From Squalus acanthias (lineage: Eukaryota): 64,000 bases of DNA. Both the position numbers and the translations under genes were made by a program. The stretch covers positions 1 through 64,000 of the forward strand of contig JASTWF010000339.1 in assembly GCA_030390025.1 (NCBI GenBank). The letters run 5' to 3'. Shown here piece by piece: positions 50,401-62,703 of the stretch (its first letter is position 1; each line of letters opens with the position of its first letter). Under the pieces are notes generated by a model. That model had not been told where the DNA came from. It saw nothing but the letters and a program-made list of their open reading frames with translations, and searched no databases.

Positions 50401-51157
50401 GGAATGTTGTCTTTTATTGCTAGGGGGATAGATTATAAAAACAGGGAGGTATTGCTACAGTTATATAAGGTATTGGTGAGACCGCATCTGGAATACTGCA
50501 TACAGTTTTGGTGTCCATACTTAAGAAAAGACATACTTGCTCTCGAGGCAGTACAAAGAAGGTTCACTCGGTTAATCCCCGGGATGAGGGGGTGGACATA
50601 TGAGGAGAGGTTGAGTAGATTGGGACTCTACTCATTGGAGTTCAGAAGAATGAGAGGCAATCTTATTGAAACATATAAGATTGTGAAGGGGCTTGATCGG
50701 GTGGATGCGGTAAGGATGTTCCCAAGGATGGGTGAAACTAGAACTAGGGGGCATAATCTTAGAATAAGGGGCTGCTCTTTCAAAACTGAGATGAGGAGAA
50801 ACTTCTTCACTCAGAGGGTAGTGGGTCTGTGGAATTTGCTGCCCCAGGAAGCTGTGGAAGCTACATCATTAAATAAATTTAAAACAGAAATAGACAGTTT
50901 CCTAGAAGTAAAGGGAATTAGGGGTTACGGGGAGCGGGCAGGAAATTGGACATGAGGCTGAGTTCGGATCGGTCGAGGCCCTGTGGGTGGCATAGCGGGC
51001 CCAGGGGCTGAGTGGCCGGGTCCTGCTCCTACTTCTTGTGTTCTTTAGATTTGAGGTGAGGATCAGATCAGCCATGATCTTATTGAATGGCGGAGCAGGC
51101 TCGAAGGGCCGATTGGCCTACTCCTGCTCCTATTTCTTATGTTCTTATGTTCTTATG
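47488..51157 (+). mobile_element. CR1 LINE: partial ORF1 (SGNH-esterase-like) + ORF2 (APE 48012..48920, RT 49138..50955)
   Basis: CCLPGARVKDI...[29 protein letters not shown]; intact RT motifs; frame disrupted near 48915-48965; (TTATGTTC)n tail. Confidence 0.95.
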
Positions 51158-51184
51158 ATCCACTAAGGTCGCCACTAAAGACGC

Positions 51185-52148
51185 TGAACTGACCTATACT
51201 GAATGTAACCGTGCTGAACTGGACTTGTCCACACTCAATCTAACTGCGCTGAACTGGACCTGTCCACACTGAATGTAACTGTGCTGAACTGGACATGTCC
51301 ACACTGAATGTAACTGTGCTGAACTGGACCTGTCCACACTGAATGTGACCGTGCTGAACTGGACATGTCCACACTGAATGTAACCGTGCTGAACTGGACC
51401 TGTCCACACTGAATGTAACCGTGCCATACTGGACCTGTCCACACTGAATGTAACCGTGCCGTACTGGACATGTCCACACTGAATGTAACTGTGCTGAACT
51501 GGACATGTCCACACTGAATGTAACTGTGCTGAACTGGACCTGTCCACACGGAATGTAACTGTGCTGAACTGGACATGTCAACACTGAATGTAACTGTTCT
51601 GAACTGGACCTTTCCACATTGAATGTAACCGTGCTGATCTGGAACTGTCCACACTGAATGTAACTGTGCTGAACTGGACCTGTACGCACTGAATGTAACT
51701 GTGCTGATCGGGAACTGCCCACAATGAATGTAACTGTGCTGAACTGGAAGTCTCCACACTGAATGTAACTGTGCTGAACTGGACCTGTCCACACTGAATG
51801 TAACCGTGCTGATCTGGAACTGTCCACAATGAATGTAACTGTGCTGAACTGGACCTGTCCACGCTGAATGTAACTTTGCTGAACTGGAACTCTCCACACT
51901 GAATGTAACTGTGCTGAACTGTACCTGTCCAAAATGAATGTAATTGAGCTGAACGGAATCTGTCCACACTGAATGTAACTGTGCTGAATTGGACTGTCCA
52001 CACTGAATGTAACTATGCTAAACTGGACATGTCCACACTAAATGTAACTGTGCTAAACGGGACCTGTCCACACTGAATGTAACCGTTCTGAACTGGACCT
52101 TTCCACACTGAATGTAAGCGTTCTGTACTGAAGCTGTCCACACTGAAT
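51185..52148. repeat. 35-bp minisatellite (~27 copies)
   Basis: Unit TGTCCACACTGAATGTAACTGTGCTGAACTGGACC. Confidence 0.96.
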
Positions 52149-52677
52149 ACACAGACAGTTGGTTAAAGTGGATGTGCACTCTCTGTGGAATTTGGAGACA
52201 GCTGCACGTCACCCGTGCGTACACGGACTGGAGCTGGACAATGATCAGGAGCGAGAACCTGGCCGTGTTTTCCGACTGTAGGGCCAGAGTTTGTCTGGTC
52301 AACTATAGATTGTGCTCAGATCTCTTCACTCAGCATTAAGGGGGTAAAACCCGTGATGTCCTCCTGTACAAGGCTCATTCTCACCAAGGCAACCACAGAT
52401 TCAGCGTTTTATTTTATTTTTGAAGAAATTTAACCGGGATCATACTGTAATCTCTGAGTATTTCAATTCGGAGCCGGGTCAGAGCTGTTTAATGACATTC
52501 TATTCCATCAAAACATAAGCACGACCCTGGCAGCGGCTGCACTAATCTGTTTGTTTCAATCAGTGTAAGTAATATGAACGATCAAGCCATCTGATTATCT
52601 CCCTGGAGTCGAACATCAGATATAAGTGTGACAATCTGTGAGTGTGGTGCAGAGCGCGCTCAGAGCTTCTGAGAGAA

Positions 52678-52747
52678 ATGCACGGGATACCAAAAGGTCT
52701 GGTGTTTGCCATTTACTATCCCGTCATTGCAGCTATCGGCGTTCCAG
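52678..52747 (+). CDS. Coding exon 1 of a second GPR139-like GPCR paralog (exon 2 outside the window)
   Basis: GAAATG start; MHGIPKGLVFAIYYPVIAAIGVP + CAG|GTAAAG phase-1 donor; homologous to IYFPTIAAVGVP of the first gene; TATA-like GATATAAG at 52619. Confidence 0.75.
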
Positions 52748-53311
52748 GTAAAGTATTGAGTTAGTTACTAGTTATGGGCATCATTGGTTAACTGTGTCAC
52801 AGCTTCTATTTACAGGGAACGCTTCTCCACTTTAACTCTGTCATTTCCGCCGTGTCACGGTATATTTTATCCCATTCAACGGAATAATTTCTCCCCTTTG
52901 ATGGTATAATTCCTCCCACTTTAACGTGATAATTTCTTCCCTTTGTCGACAACATTTCTCCCCTTCAATTTAATCACAATCTAATTTGAGTGCCTGATTC
53001 TGGAATTTGTGTTTTAATGTGTTTTCCACAGAGCCGCCTCTTCAGCGGTAACAGTCTATTTGCTCCGAATGATGTTTTATTAAAATTCAACAGTAGATGT
53101 CGCTGCACTGTGAGTGGTATCATCACACTATTCTAACTGTGTATATATATTTCCTATTGTGCTTTTGGTATTTCGCTGTGAGTGGTATTATCACACTATT
53201 CTAACTGTGTGCATATATTCCCTATTGCCTTATTGGTATTTCGCTGTGAGTGGTATAATTACAGTATTATAACGTTGTGCATTTATTTACTTGTACTTCT
53301 TGCAATTTAGA

Positions 53312-53978
53312 ATACTGTATTCGCTGGTCACGATGTGGTTTCCTCGACATAGGGGAGACAAAACGCAGATCGGGTGACCGCTTTGCTTAACATCTCCGTT
53401 CAATCAGCAAGCCTCACCCTGAGCTTCCGGTCGCTTGTCAGTTTAATTCTCCAGCCCTCTCACACTCTGACCTCTCTGTCGTCGGCCTCTTACACTGTGC
53501 TACTAAGGCTCAACGGAAACTCAAGGAACAGCACCTCATCTTTCGAATAGGCATTTTACAGCCTTCCAGACTCAACATCGAGATCAACAATTTCAGATCA
53601 ATACCACTGCTCCCATTTTTCGGACAGCAGGTGTTGGTCATGATTCTGCCATTGCCATTTACACCTCCTCCAGACCCATCTTTTGTTTCTTTACTTGTCC
53701 CATTAACACCCCTTTTTCTCTTGCACCATCCTCCCTTTTGTCATTTAACCACTCCTGCCTTCTACCAATTCACTGACCTTCCCTTTAGTTCTTTCCTCCC
53801 CTCGCCCCTTTCCCTGCCTCTGCACTTGCATCTCTAACTTTATCCAGTTCCGACAAAAGTCCATCGACCAGAAATGTTGACTCTGTTTCTCTCTCCACAG
53901 ATGCTGCCTGACCTGCTGAGTATATCCAGCATTTTCTGTTGTTATTCAGATTTCCAGCATCCTCAGTATTTTGCTTTT
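53312..53978 (+). mobile_element. Decayed Penelope-like element, second family (GIY-YIG + 3' region)
   Basis: YCIRWSRCGFLDIGETKRRSGDRFA*HLRS...RKLKEQHLIFRIGILQP resembles PLE GIY-YIG; 3' end shared with 17547-17679. Confidence 0.8.
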
Positions 53979-54027
53979 GTACATATATTTCCGATTGTGT
54001 TATTGGTGCTGTACTGGGATCCGTATT

Positions 54028-55130
54028 ATCAACAACAACAACCTGCATTTATATAGCGCCTTTAACGTAGTAAAATGCTTCACAGGAGCGATTATCAAAC
54101 AACATTTCACACCGAGCCACATAAGGAGAGATTCGCACAGCAAAAGCTTGGACAAATAGGCAAGTTTTAAGGAGCATTTTAAAGGACGAGATAGAGGGAA
54201 AGCTCTCAGAGTGATGTCGGGTTGGGAGGTTACAGAGATAGGGAGGAGCGAAGCTCTGGAGAGATTTGTCAACAAGGATGAGAATTTTAAAATCGAGGTG
54301 TTGCTGGACCGGGAGCCAATGGAGGTCAGCGAGCACAGGGGTGTTGGGTGAACGGGACTTGGTGCGAGTTAGGCTGTGGGCAGCAGAGAATTGGATGAGC
54401 TCAAGTTTATGGAGGGTGGAAGATGGGAGGCCGGCCAGGAGAGCATTGGAATAGTCAACTCTAGAAATAACAAAGGCATGGATGAGGGTTTCAACAAGTT
54501 ATGAGCTGAGGCAGGGGTGGAGACGGTTATGTTACGGAGGTGGAAGTAGACGGTCTTGGTGATGGAGCGAATATGTGATTGGAAACTCGATTTTGCTCAA
54601 ACAGGACGCCAAGGTTGTGAACTGTTTGGTTCAGCTTCAGACTATTGCCAGCGAGAGGGATGGAGTTGGTGGTTCGCGAATAGAGTTCGTGGTGATGACC
54701 GAAGACAATGGCTTTGGTCTACCTGATATTTAGTTAAAGGAAATTTCTGTTCATTCAATACTATATGTACGACAAGCAGTGTGACAAACCAGAGAAATGG
54801 AGGGGTCGAGAGGGGTCATGGTGAGGTAGAGCTGGGTGTCGTCCACATGGATGTGGAACCTGACGCTGTGTTTTCCGATGATATCGCCAAGGGCAGCATG
54901 TAGATGAGAAATAGGAGGGGCCAAGGACAGATCCATCAGGGATTCAAGAGCTAACGGTGCGGGAGCGGGAAGAGAAGCCATTGCAGGTGTTTCTCTGGAT
55001 ATCAGGATAATCCCACCCAGCTGGGCGACGGAGGAGAGATGTTAGAGGAGGATGGTGTGGTCAACCGTATCAAAGGTTGCTGATATTTCGCAAAGGCTGA
55101 GGAAGGATAGTTTACCACGGTCATAGACAC
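54028..55130 (-). mobile_element. L2-clade LINE 3' fragment
   Basis: LADLHWLPVQQHLDFKIL, FHIHVDDTQLYL (YADDTQLY-like); tail GGCGCTATATAAATGCAGG(TTG)n. Confidence 0.88.
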
Positions 55131-55133
55131 ATA

Positions 55134-55875
55134 GGCCCAGAAATTAAAGACGGAGCCTTCCTGCGGGGGTAAGGCTTCCCCGCGATATCTCACTGCGCGC
55201 CTGCCTTTTCATTCCGAGCTCACACGAACTTTACTTTCAAGACTGCAGCTGTGCAGTGCTTGCTATCCCACAAACGCAGTTAATTCGTGCGAGCTGTGGG
55301 ATCACGTGATTCAGTTAGAGCCAATGGCAGCACACCATCTTTCATTCATAGTTTTCACAGCAAGGGCTGTGAAAGCTATGAATCTATACGCACCCCAGAA
55401 GAACAGCTAAACCTCAATTAAATTTTAAAAAACTCATCACATTAATAAAATAAGTATAGTTAAATAAATTAACCACTTTAAACAAAAAATTAAATTTTTG
55501 AAAAAATTTAAAATCTTTTTAAAAGTTATAAAAATAAACTTACCTTTCTTTAAAGTCTCTAAAAAAGATATACCTGTTGAAAAAAATTCAAAATAATACT
55601 TAATTAACTACTTACCTTGTTAAAAGAGGGTCTTACGCCTCCTTTCTTTATGTGCAAAATCTTCCATGCTTACCTGCGCGTTCAAAGCACTAAGTGCACT
55701 GCGTGCGCGCAGCCTGTAGCGCGCACGCGGTTCACCTAGGAACCGCCCCCTTTTGAGTTCACCAAGTGCCGGTTTTCAGCGCATGCACAGTGCATGCAGA
55801 AAACCGGCAATTGGAGACAGAATACGCGAGAGTACACAGTGCGTACTCTCGCATAGTGAGACTAATTTTTGGGCC
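55134..55875. mobile_element. Non-autonomous DNA transposon (MITE-like), 13-bp terminal inverted repeats
   Basis: GGCCCAGAAATTA ... TAATTTTTGGGCC (12/13 match); non-coding interior with an AT-rich core and small palindromes; no clear TSD. Confidence 0.6.
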
Positions 55876-55929
55876 ACAGTATATCATTTGTGAATTTAAT
55901 AAGAGCTGTTTCAGCGCCATTATAATGGG

Positions 55930-57360
55930 GTGCATATATTTCCTATTGTATTTCTGGTATTTTACTGTGGGTGAATTATCACACTGTTATCGCTGAGTAC
56001 ATGTAGTTCTATTGTGTTATTGACACTGTCACTGTGGGTGAATTATAATTCTGTTATCACTGTGTACATGGAGTTCTATTGTGTTACTGACACTGTCACT
56101 GTGGGTGAATTATCACACTGTTATCACTGTGTACATGGAGTTCTATTGTGTTACTGACACTGTCACTGTGGGTGAATTATCACACTGTTATCACTGTGTA
56201 CATGTAGTTGTATCATGTTATTGACACTGTCACTGTGGGTGAATTATAATTCTGTTATCACTGTGTACATGGAGTTCTATTGTGTTACTGACACTGTCAC
56301 TGTGGGTGAATTATCACACTGTTATCACTGTGTATATGTAGTTGGATTGTGTTACTGGCACTGTCACTGTGGGTGAATTATCACACAGTTATCACTCAGT
56401 ACAAGGAGTTCTACTGTGTTATTGACACTGTCACTGTAGATGAATTATCACACTGTTATCACTGTGTACATGGAGTTCTATTGTGTTATTGACTCTGTCA
56501 CTGTGGGTGAATTACCACATTGTTATCACTGTGTACATGGAGTTCTATTGTTACTGACACTGTCACTGTGGGTGAATTCTCACACTGCATCACTGTGTAC
56601 ATGGAGGTCTATTGTGTTACTAACACTGTCATTGTCGGTGAATTATCCCACTGTTATCACTGTGTACATGGAGTTCTATTGTGTTACTTTCACTGTCACT
56701 GTGGGTGAATTATCACACTGTTATCAATTTGTACATGGGGCTCTATTGCGTTACTGACACTGTCACTGTGGGTGAATTATCTCAGTTATCACTGTGTACA
56801 TGGAGTTCTATTGTGTTACTGACACTTACATTGTGGGTGAATTATCACACTGTTATCACTGTGTACATGGCGTTCTATTGTGTTGCTGACACTGTCACTG
56901 TAGGCGAATTATCACACTGTTATCACTGTGTACATGGAGTTCTATTGTGTTACTGACACTGTCACTGTGGGCGAACTATCACACTGTTATCACTGTGTAT
57001 ATGGAGTTCTATTGTGTTATTGACACTGTCATTGTGGGTGTATTATCAAACTGTTATCACTGTGTACATGGAGTTCTATTGTATTACTGAAACTGTCATT
57101 GTGGGTGAATTATCACACTGTTATCACTGTGTACATGGAGTTCTATTGTGTTACTGACACTTTCACTGTGGGTGAATTATCACACTGTTATCACTGTGTA
57201 TATGGAGTTCTATTGTGTTACTGACACTGTCACTGTGGGTGAATTATCACACTGTTATCACTGTGTACATGGAGTTCTATTGCGTTACTGACACTGTCAC
57301 TGTGGGTGAATTATCACATTGCTATCCCTGTGTACATGGAGTTCGATTGTGTTATTGATA
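55930..57360. repeat. 67-bp minisatellite (~21 copies)
   Basis: Unit CTGTCACTGTGGGTGAATTATCACACTGTTATCACTGTGTACATGGAGTTCTATTGTGTTACTGACA; related diverged units at 53108-53290. Confidence 0.96.
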
Positions 57361-57600
57361 TTAACATTGACTAAGTTCCACAAATGATTAAATAATACTC
57401 GACTGAATTCAATTAATTAATTTAGAGCAATGACATTATTTGGTGGTGAGTTGCTGACAGAAATATAAACAATGCAACAAGTGGCCGTATTATAAACGAA
57501 AATGTATTTTCCCCAAACTCCCACAGCGCAGTTTTTCTGCTCTCAATCTCTGACTATCACTGGTTCAGCTCGGCTCCCTCTTCCATATTCGCTGCTGCTC

Positions 57601-60600
57601 TCTTGAATAGGCACCAATCACCAGGACCAGGGAAGCTGAGTCATCACTTTTAAATTGGGTGAGACTCTTAGTGTGTAAAAGTAAAAATTTCTGCAGAGTA
57701 CAGACCGGCCTGCACAGAGCGGGATTAAACGGAGTGGAATTGAACAGAGTGTTTTATATGGGAAATTGGAAAGAGTGGGAATTTCTGGTAAGTTTTTGGG
57801 TAAGTAGATGCTGTAAAAAGTGAAATTTAGTTTGTGATTTTGATGTTAACTTGGAACTTTAAAAAACTGTAGTTAACAGAAGCTGTTGTTTGTGGCAGTT
57901 AACTGTCAGTCATTTGTAAGTGTTTGTCTTGAATAGGCGCTAATCACCCGGAGCAGGGGAGCTGAGTTATCACTGGTAAATTGGGTGAGGCTCCTAATGT
58001 ATAAAAGCAAACATTTCTGCAGAGTGTGTGCGGTCTGCACAGAGCGGGTTTAAACGGACTGGACTTGAAGAGAGTGTTTTATTTGGGAATTTGGAAAGAG
58101 TGGGAATTTGGAGAAGAGGGGGAAGGTGATTTTTTTGCCCACACTACTTGTAGTGCTTGGTGTTAAAGGTAGATATTTAATTTCAGTACCCATAATTTAA
58201 GATAGATCAAGTAATTGTCCAGAAACTTTAATGTAAACTAAGTTGCCTAAAAACAAATTTAATTAAATGTAATTAAATACAACACGTTCATATAGGGATG
58301 GCAGTGCAGGTGGTGTGCCGCAGTTGCAGCATGTGTGAGTTTGTGAAGAGCATTGTGATCCCGGACAACCACATTTGCAGTAAGTGCCTGCATCTTGAGG
58401 AAATTCAGCTCAGAGATTTTGAGCTGGAGATTCAGGTGCAGACATTGCCGGGCATCAGGGATGTGGAGAGTTACCTGGACATTTTGATCCAGGAGGCAGT
58501 CACACACCTTCGGGTAGGTAGTTTTACAGGTCTGGTTAGTGGTCAGGGACAGGAGGGTGTGACTGCAACTCAGGCAGGTAAGTGGACCTTAGGCGAAGTG
58601 CTAGATGAGCCTCAGCCTTTGCATTTGGCTAACAGGTACGAGGTCCATGCTGCCTGTGTGGATGAGGGAAAAGCCTGAAGGATGGTTAAACAAGCTGACC
58701 ATGACACCACGGAGGAGTTGTATAGTCAAGGGGATAGATACTGTTCTCTGCAGCTGCGACCGAGAGTTCCGAAGATTGACTTGGGTTAATGGCATCTCCT
58801 CGCGGCTGGACAATAACTTGGAGTGGGAGGGGGAGGATCCAATTGTCGTGGTCCACGTAGGAAACAATGACATAGGTAGATCTAGAAATTAGTTTCTGCT
58901 GAGAGAGTTTGAGGAACTAGGATCCAAATTACAAAGCAGAATCTCAAAGGTAATAATCTCTGGACTGTTACCTGAGCCACGTGCAAATTGGCATCGGGAC
59001 GAACAGATTAGAGGTTTAAATTCGTGGCTGAAAGAATGGTGTGCGAGGTAAGGGTTTCGGTTCATTGGGAAAGAGGGAGCTGTTCCGTTGCTCTTCTTAA
59101 ACCTGGCTGGGATCAGTGTCCTGGTGAACCGAATAACTAGGGCAGTAGACAGGGCTTTAGTCTAATGAAGGGGAGGGGAGCGGGAGGATTCAGGAAAGAG
59201 CAGCAAGAGAAATGTCAAGTTTTTAGAAAAGTGTAGAGTTTTGTGTAAAAATAAGCAGAGTGGGTCAGGAAGGGACAGAGAGAGTAACAAAGGTAATACG
59301 GCATCAGTGACTAATGTGACATCAGGAAACAACACAAATAAGTCAAAGCTAAAGGAACTACATCTGAATGCGCGAAGCATTCGCAACAAAATAAATAAAT
59401 GAATAGTGCAGATAGAAATTAACAGGTTTGATCTAATAGCCATTACAGAGACGTGGTTGCAAAGTGGCCAAGTTTGGGGACTTTACTTTTAGAAGAGATA
59501 GGCAAAATATAAAAAGAGGAGGGGAAGCCCTGATAAAAAAGGATGGGTTAAGACAGTAGAGAGAAAGCATCTTAGCTCTGAAAATTAAGAAGTAGAATCA
59601 GTTTGGATGGAGTTAAGAAACAGCAAGGATCAGAAAACAATGGTGGGAGTTGTTTATAGGCCCCAAAACAATAATTGTAGGGCAGATACGGAAATTAGTG
59701 GCGCATGTACCAAGGGTAATACAGTCATCATGAGGGACTTTAATCTATATTTAGATTGGGCAACCCAAATTTGCAGTAATAGTGTGGAGGACGTTTTTCA
59801 TGGAATGTATGTAAGATAGATTTCTAGATCAGTATGTTGAGAAACCATCTAGGGAAAAGGTTATTTTAGACCTAGTGTTGTGCAATGAGAAACGGTTCAT
59901 TAATAACCTTGTAGTAAAAGGGCATTTAGGGAAGAGTGACCATAATATGATAGAATTTTAGATTGAGTTTCAAAGTGAGTTAGTTAAATCCAAAACTAGG
60001 GTCGTAAATCAAAACAAAGCAAACTACGTAGGTATGAGGGGCGAGTTGGCTGAGTTAGATTTGGAAACTCCATTAAAAGGAATGGCAGTAGATATACAAT
60101 GGCTAGCATTTTAAACAAAATACATAATTTACAACAAATATACATTCCTTTAAGGCACACAAACCACAAAGAAAAGTGATACAACCGTGGCGAAAACAGA
60201 AGTTGAAGATAGTATGAGATCGAAGGAAGAGGCTTATAATGTTGCCAAAAAGAATAGTAAGCCTGAGGATTGGAAGGATTTTAAAATTCAGCAAAGGAGG
60301 AGCAAAAAATTGATAAAGAAAGGGAAAATAGAATGAGAGTAAACTAGCGAGACACATAAAAGAGACTGTAAAAGCTTCTATGGGTATGTAAAAAGTAAAA
60401 GATTAGCGAAAATAAATATGGGTCCCTTACATGCTGAGACAGGAGAAATTATATTGGGAAATAAGGAATTGGCAGAGAAATTAAACAAATACTTTGTATC
60501 TGTCTTCACAGAAGAAGACGCCAAAAACTTTCCGGAAAAAGTAGAGATCAAGGCTCTAGCAAGAAAGAGGAACTGAAACAAATTAGTATGAGTAAAAAAA

Positions 60601-62205
60601 ATAGTACTGGAGAAATTAATGGGACTGAAAGCCAATAAATCTCTTCGACCTGATGGCCTACATCCTAGGATTTTGAAAGACGTGGCTATAGAGATAGTGG
60701 ATGCATTGGTTGTCATTTTCCAAAACTCCATAGATTCTAGAACGGTTCTCGCGGATTGGAAGCTGGCAAATGTAACACCACTATTTAAGAAAGGAGGGAG
60801 AGAGAAAACAGGGAACGACAGACCAGTAAGCCTGACATCAGTAGTAGGGAACATGCTAGAATCTATTATAAAGGACTTGGTAACAGGGCACTTAGAAAAT
60901 AATTATAGGACTGGGCAGGGTCAACACTGATTTAGGAAAGGGAAATCGTTTTTGACAAATCTGTTAGAGTTTTTTCAGAATGTATCTAACATAATAGATA
61001 AGTGGAAACCAATGGATGTGATGTATTTGCATTTTCAGAAGGCATTCGATAAGATGCCACGCAAGATGTTCTTAAACAAAATTAAGGTTCATGGGATTGG
61101 GGTAATATACTAGCAGGGATTGAGGACAGAAAACAGAGAGTAGGAATAAATGGGTCATTTTCGGGTTGGAAGGCTGTAACTAGTGAGGTACCGCAAGGAT
61201 CAGTGCTTGGGCCTCAGCTATTCACAATCTACATCAATGATTTGGATGAGGGGACTAAATGTAATATGTCCAACTTTGCTGCTGATACAAAGCTGGGTGG
61301 GAATGTAAATTGTGAGGAGGATGCAAGGAGGCATCAAGAGGATATAGACAGGCTAAGTGATTGGGCAAGAACGTGGCAAATGCAATACATTGTGGAGAAA
61401 TGTGAAGTTATCCACTTTGGTAGGAAAAATAGAAAAGCAGAGTATTTTTTAAATGGTGAGACATTGCAAAATGATGGTGTTCAGAGGGACCTGGGTGTCT
61501 TTGTACAGGAATCACTGAAAGTTAACATGCAGGTGCAGCAAGCAATACGGAAAGCAAATGGTATGTTGGACTTTATTACAAGAGGATTTGAGTGTTAGAG
61601 TAAGAAACGTATTAATGCAATTATATTGGGCCCTGGTAAGACCACACCTGTAATATTGTGTACAGTTTTGGTCTCCTTACCTAAGGAAGGATATACTTGC
61701 CGCAGAAGGAGTGCAACGACAGTTCACCAGACTGACTCCTGGGAAAGGGGTATTGTCCTATGAGGAGAGATTGAGTAGACTAGGCCTATATTCTCTGGAG
61801 TTTAGAAGAATGAGAGGTAATCTCATTGACACATACAAAATCTTACAGGTCTTGACAGGGTAGATGCAGGGAGGATGAATTCGCTGGCAGGGGAGTCTAG
61901 AACCAGAGGACACAGTCTCAGAATAAGGGATCGACCATTTAGGACTGCGATGAGGAGATATTTCTTCACTCGGGGGGTGGTGAATCTTTGGAATTCTCTA
62001 CCCCAGAGCGCTGTGGAGGCTCAGTCCTTGAGTATATTCAAGACAGAGATCGATAGATTTTTGAATATTAAGGGATATGGGGATAGTGCAGGAAAGTGGT
62101 GATGAAGTAGAAGATCAGCCATGATCTTTCTGAATGGCGGAGCAGGCTCGAAGGGCCAAATGGCCTACTCCTGCACCTTGTAATTTTTTTATGTTCTTAT
62201 GTTCT
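57601..62205 (+). mobile_element. Decayed full-length CR1 LINE (duplicated 5' UTR, ORF1 Cys-rich domain + esterase, ORF2)
   Basis: ORF1 starts at 58298 (MAVQVVCRSCSMCEF...HICSKC); esterase motif VVHVGNND; APE/RT fragments at 59350-62102 with many stops; (TTATGTTC)n tail. Confidence 0.92.
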
Positions 62206-62433
62206 GACATTTCTACAGTGAACACTGCTGACCCCGAGAGTTCCTTCTGCTCCTAACACCTGGCAATGTTCCGGACTGTTCCCGTCTTCATTAATTGAGT
62301 GAGGCTGCATAACTGATGGCAGGTCTCGTAACTGAATCACAAAGTTTTAATGATGCAGAGATGCCGGTGTTGGACTGGGGTGGACAAAAGTGAGAAGTCG
62401 CACCAGGTTATAGTCCAACAGTTTTATTTGAAA

Positions 62434-62471
62434 TCACAAGCTTTCGGAGCTGCTGCCCCTTCGTCAGGTGA
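62434..62471 (-). ncRNA. Minimal hammerhead ribozyme motif (minus strand)
   Basis: Reverse complement reads TCAC-CTGACGA-AGGGGCAGCAGCTCC-GAAA-GCTT-GTGA. Confidence 0.75.
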
Positions 62472-62665
62472 AGTGAAGGAATACGAATCGGCAAAGCATA
62501 TATAGACAGAGAACAATGCCTGTGTAGCGTACAATCTCAGACAACTACAGTTAATGTGTGTGATGAAAGGCAGTCAGAACGATTAACTGTAGTCGTCTGA
62601 GATTGTACGCTACACAGGCATTGTTCTCTGTCTATATATGCTTTGCCGATTCGTATTCCTTCACT

Positions 62666-62703
62666 TCACCTGACGAAGGGGCAGCAGCTCCGAAAGCTTG
62701 TGA
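62666..62703 (+). ncRNA. Minimal hammerhead ribozyme motif
   Basis: TCAC-CTGACGA-AGGGGCAGCAGCTCC-GAAA-GCTT-GTGA. Confidence 0.75.

Noticed and set aside
51194..52003. Overlapping 117-253 aa ORFs
   Set aside because: Artefacts of a 35-bp minisatellite; the same applies to ORFs in the 30-, 63- and 67-bp arrays.
53845..53885. Hammerhead in the second PLE family
   Set aside because: Core is degenerate (CCGACAA...GAAATG); the 17645-17678 copy has an extra base in the core; neither is called functional.
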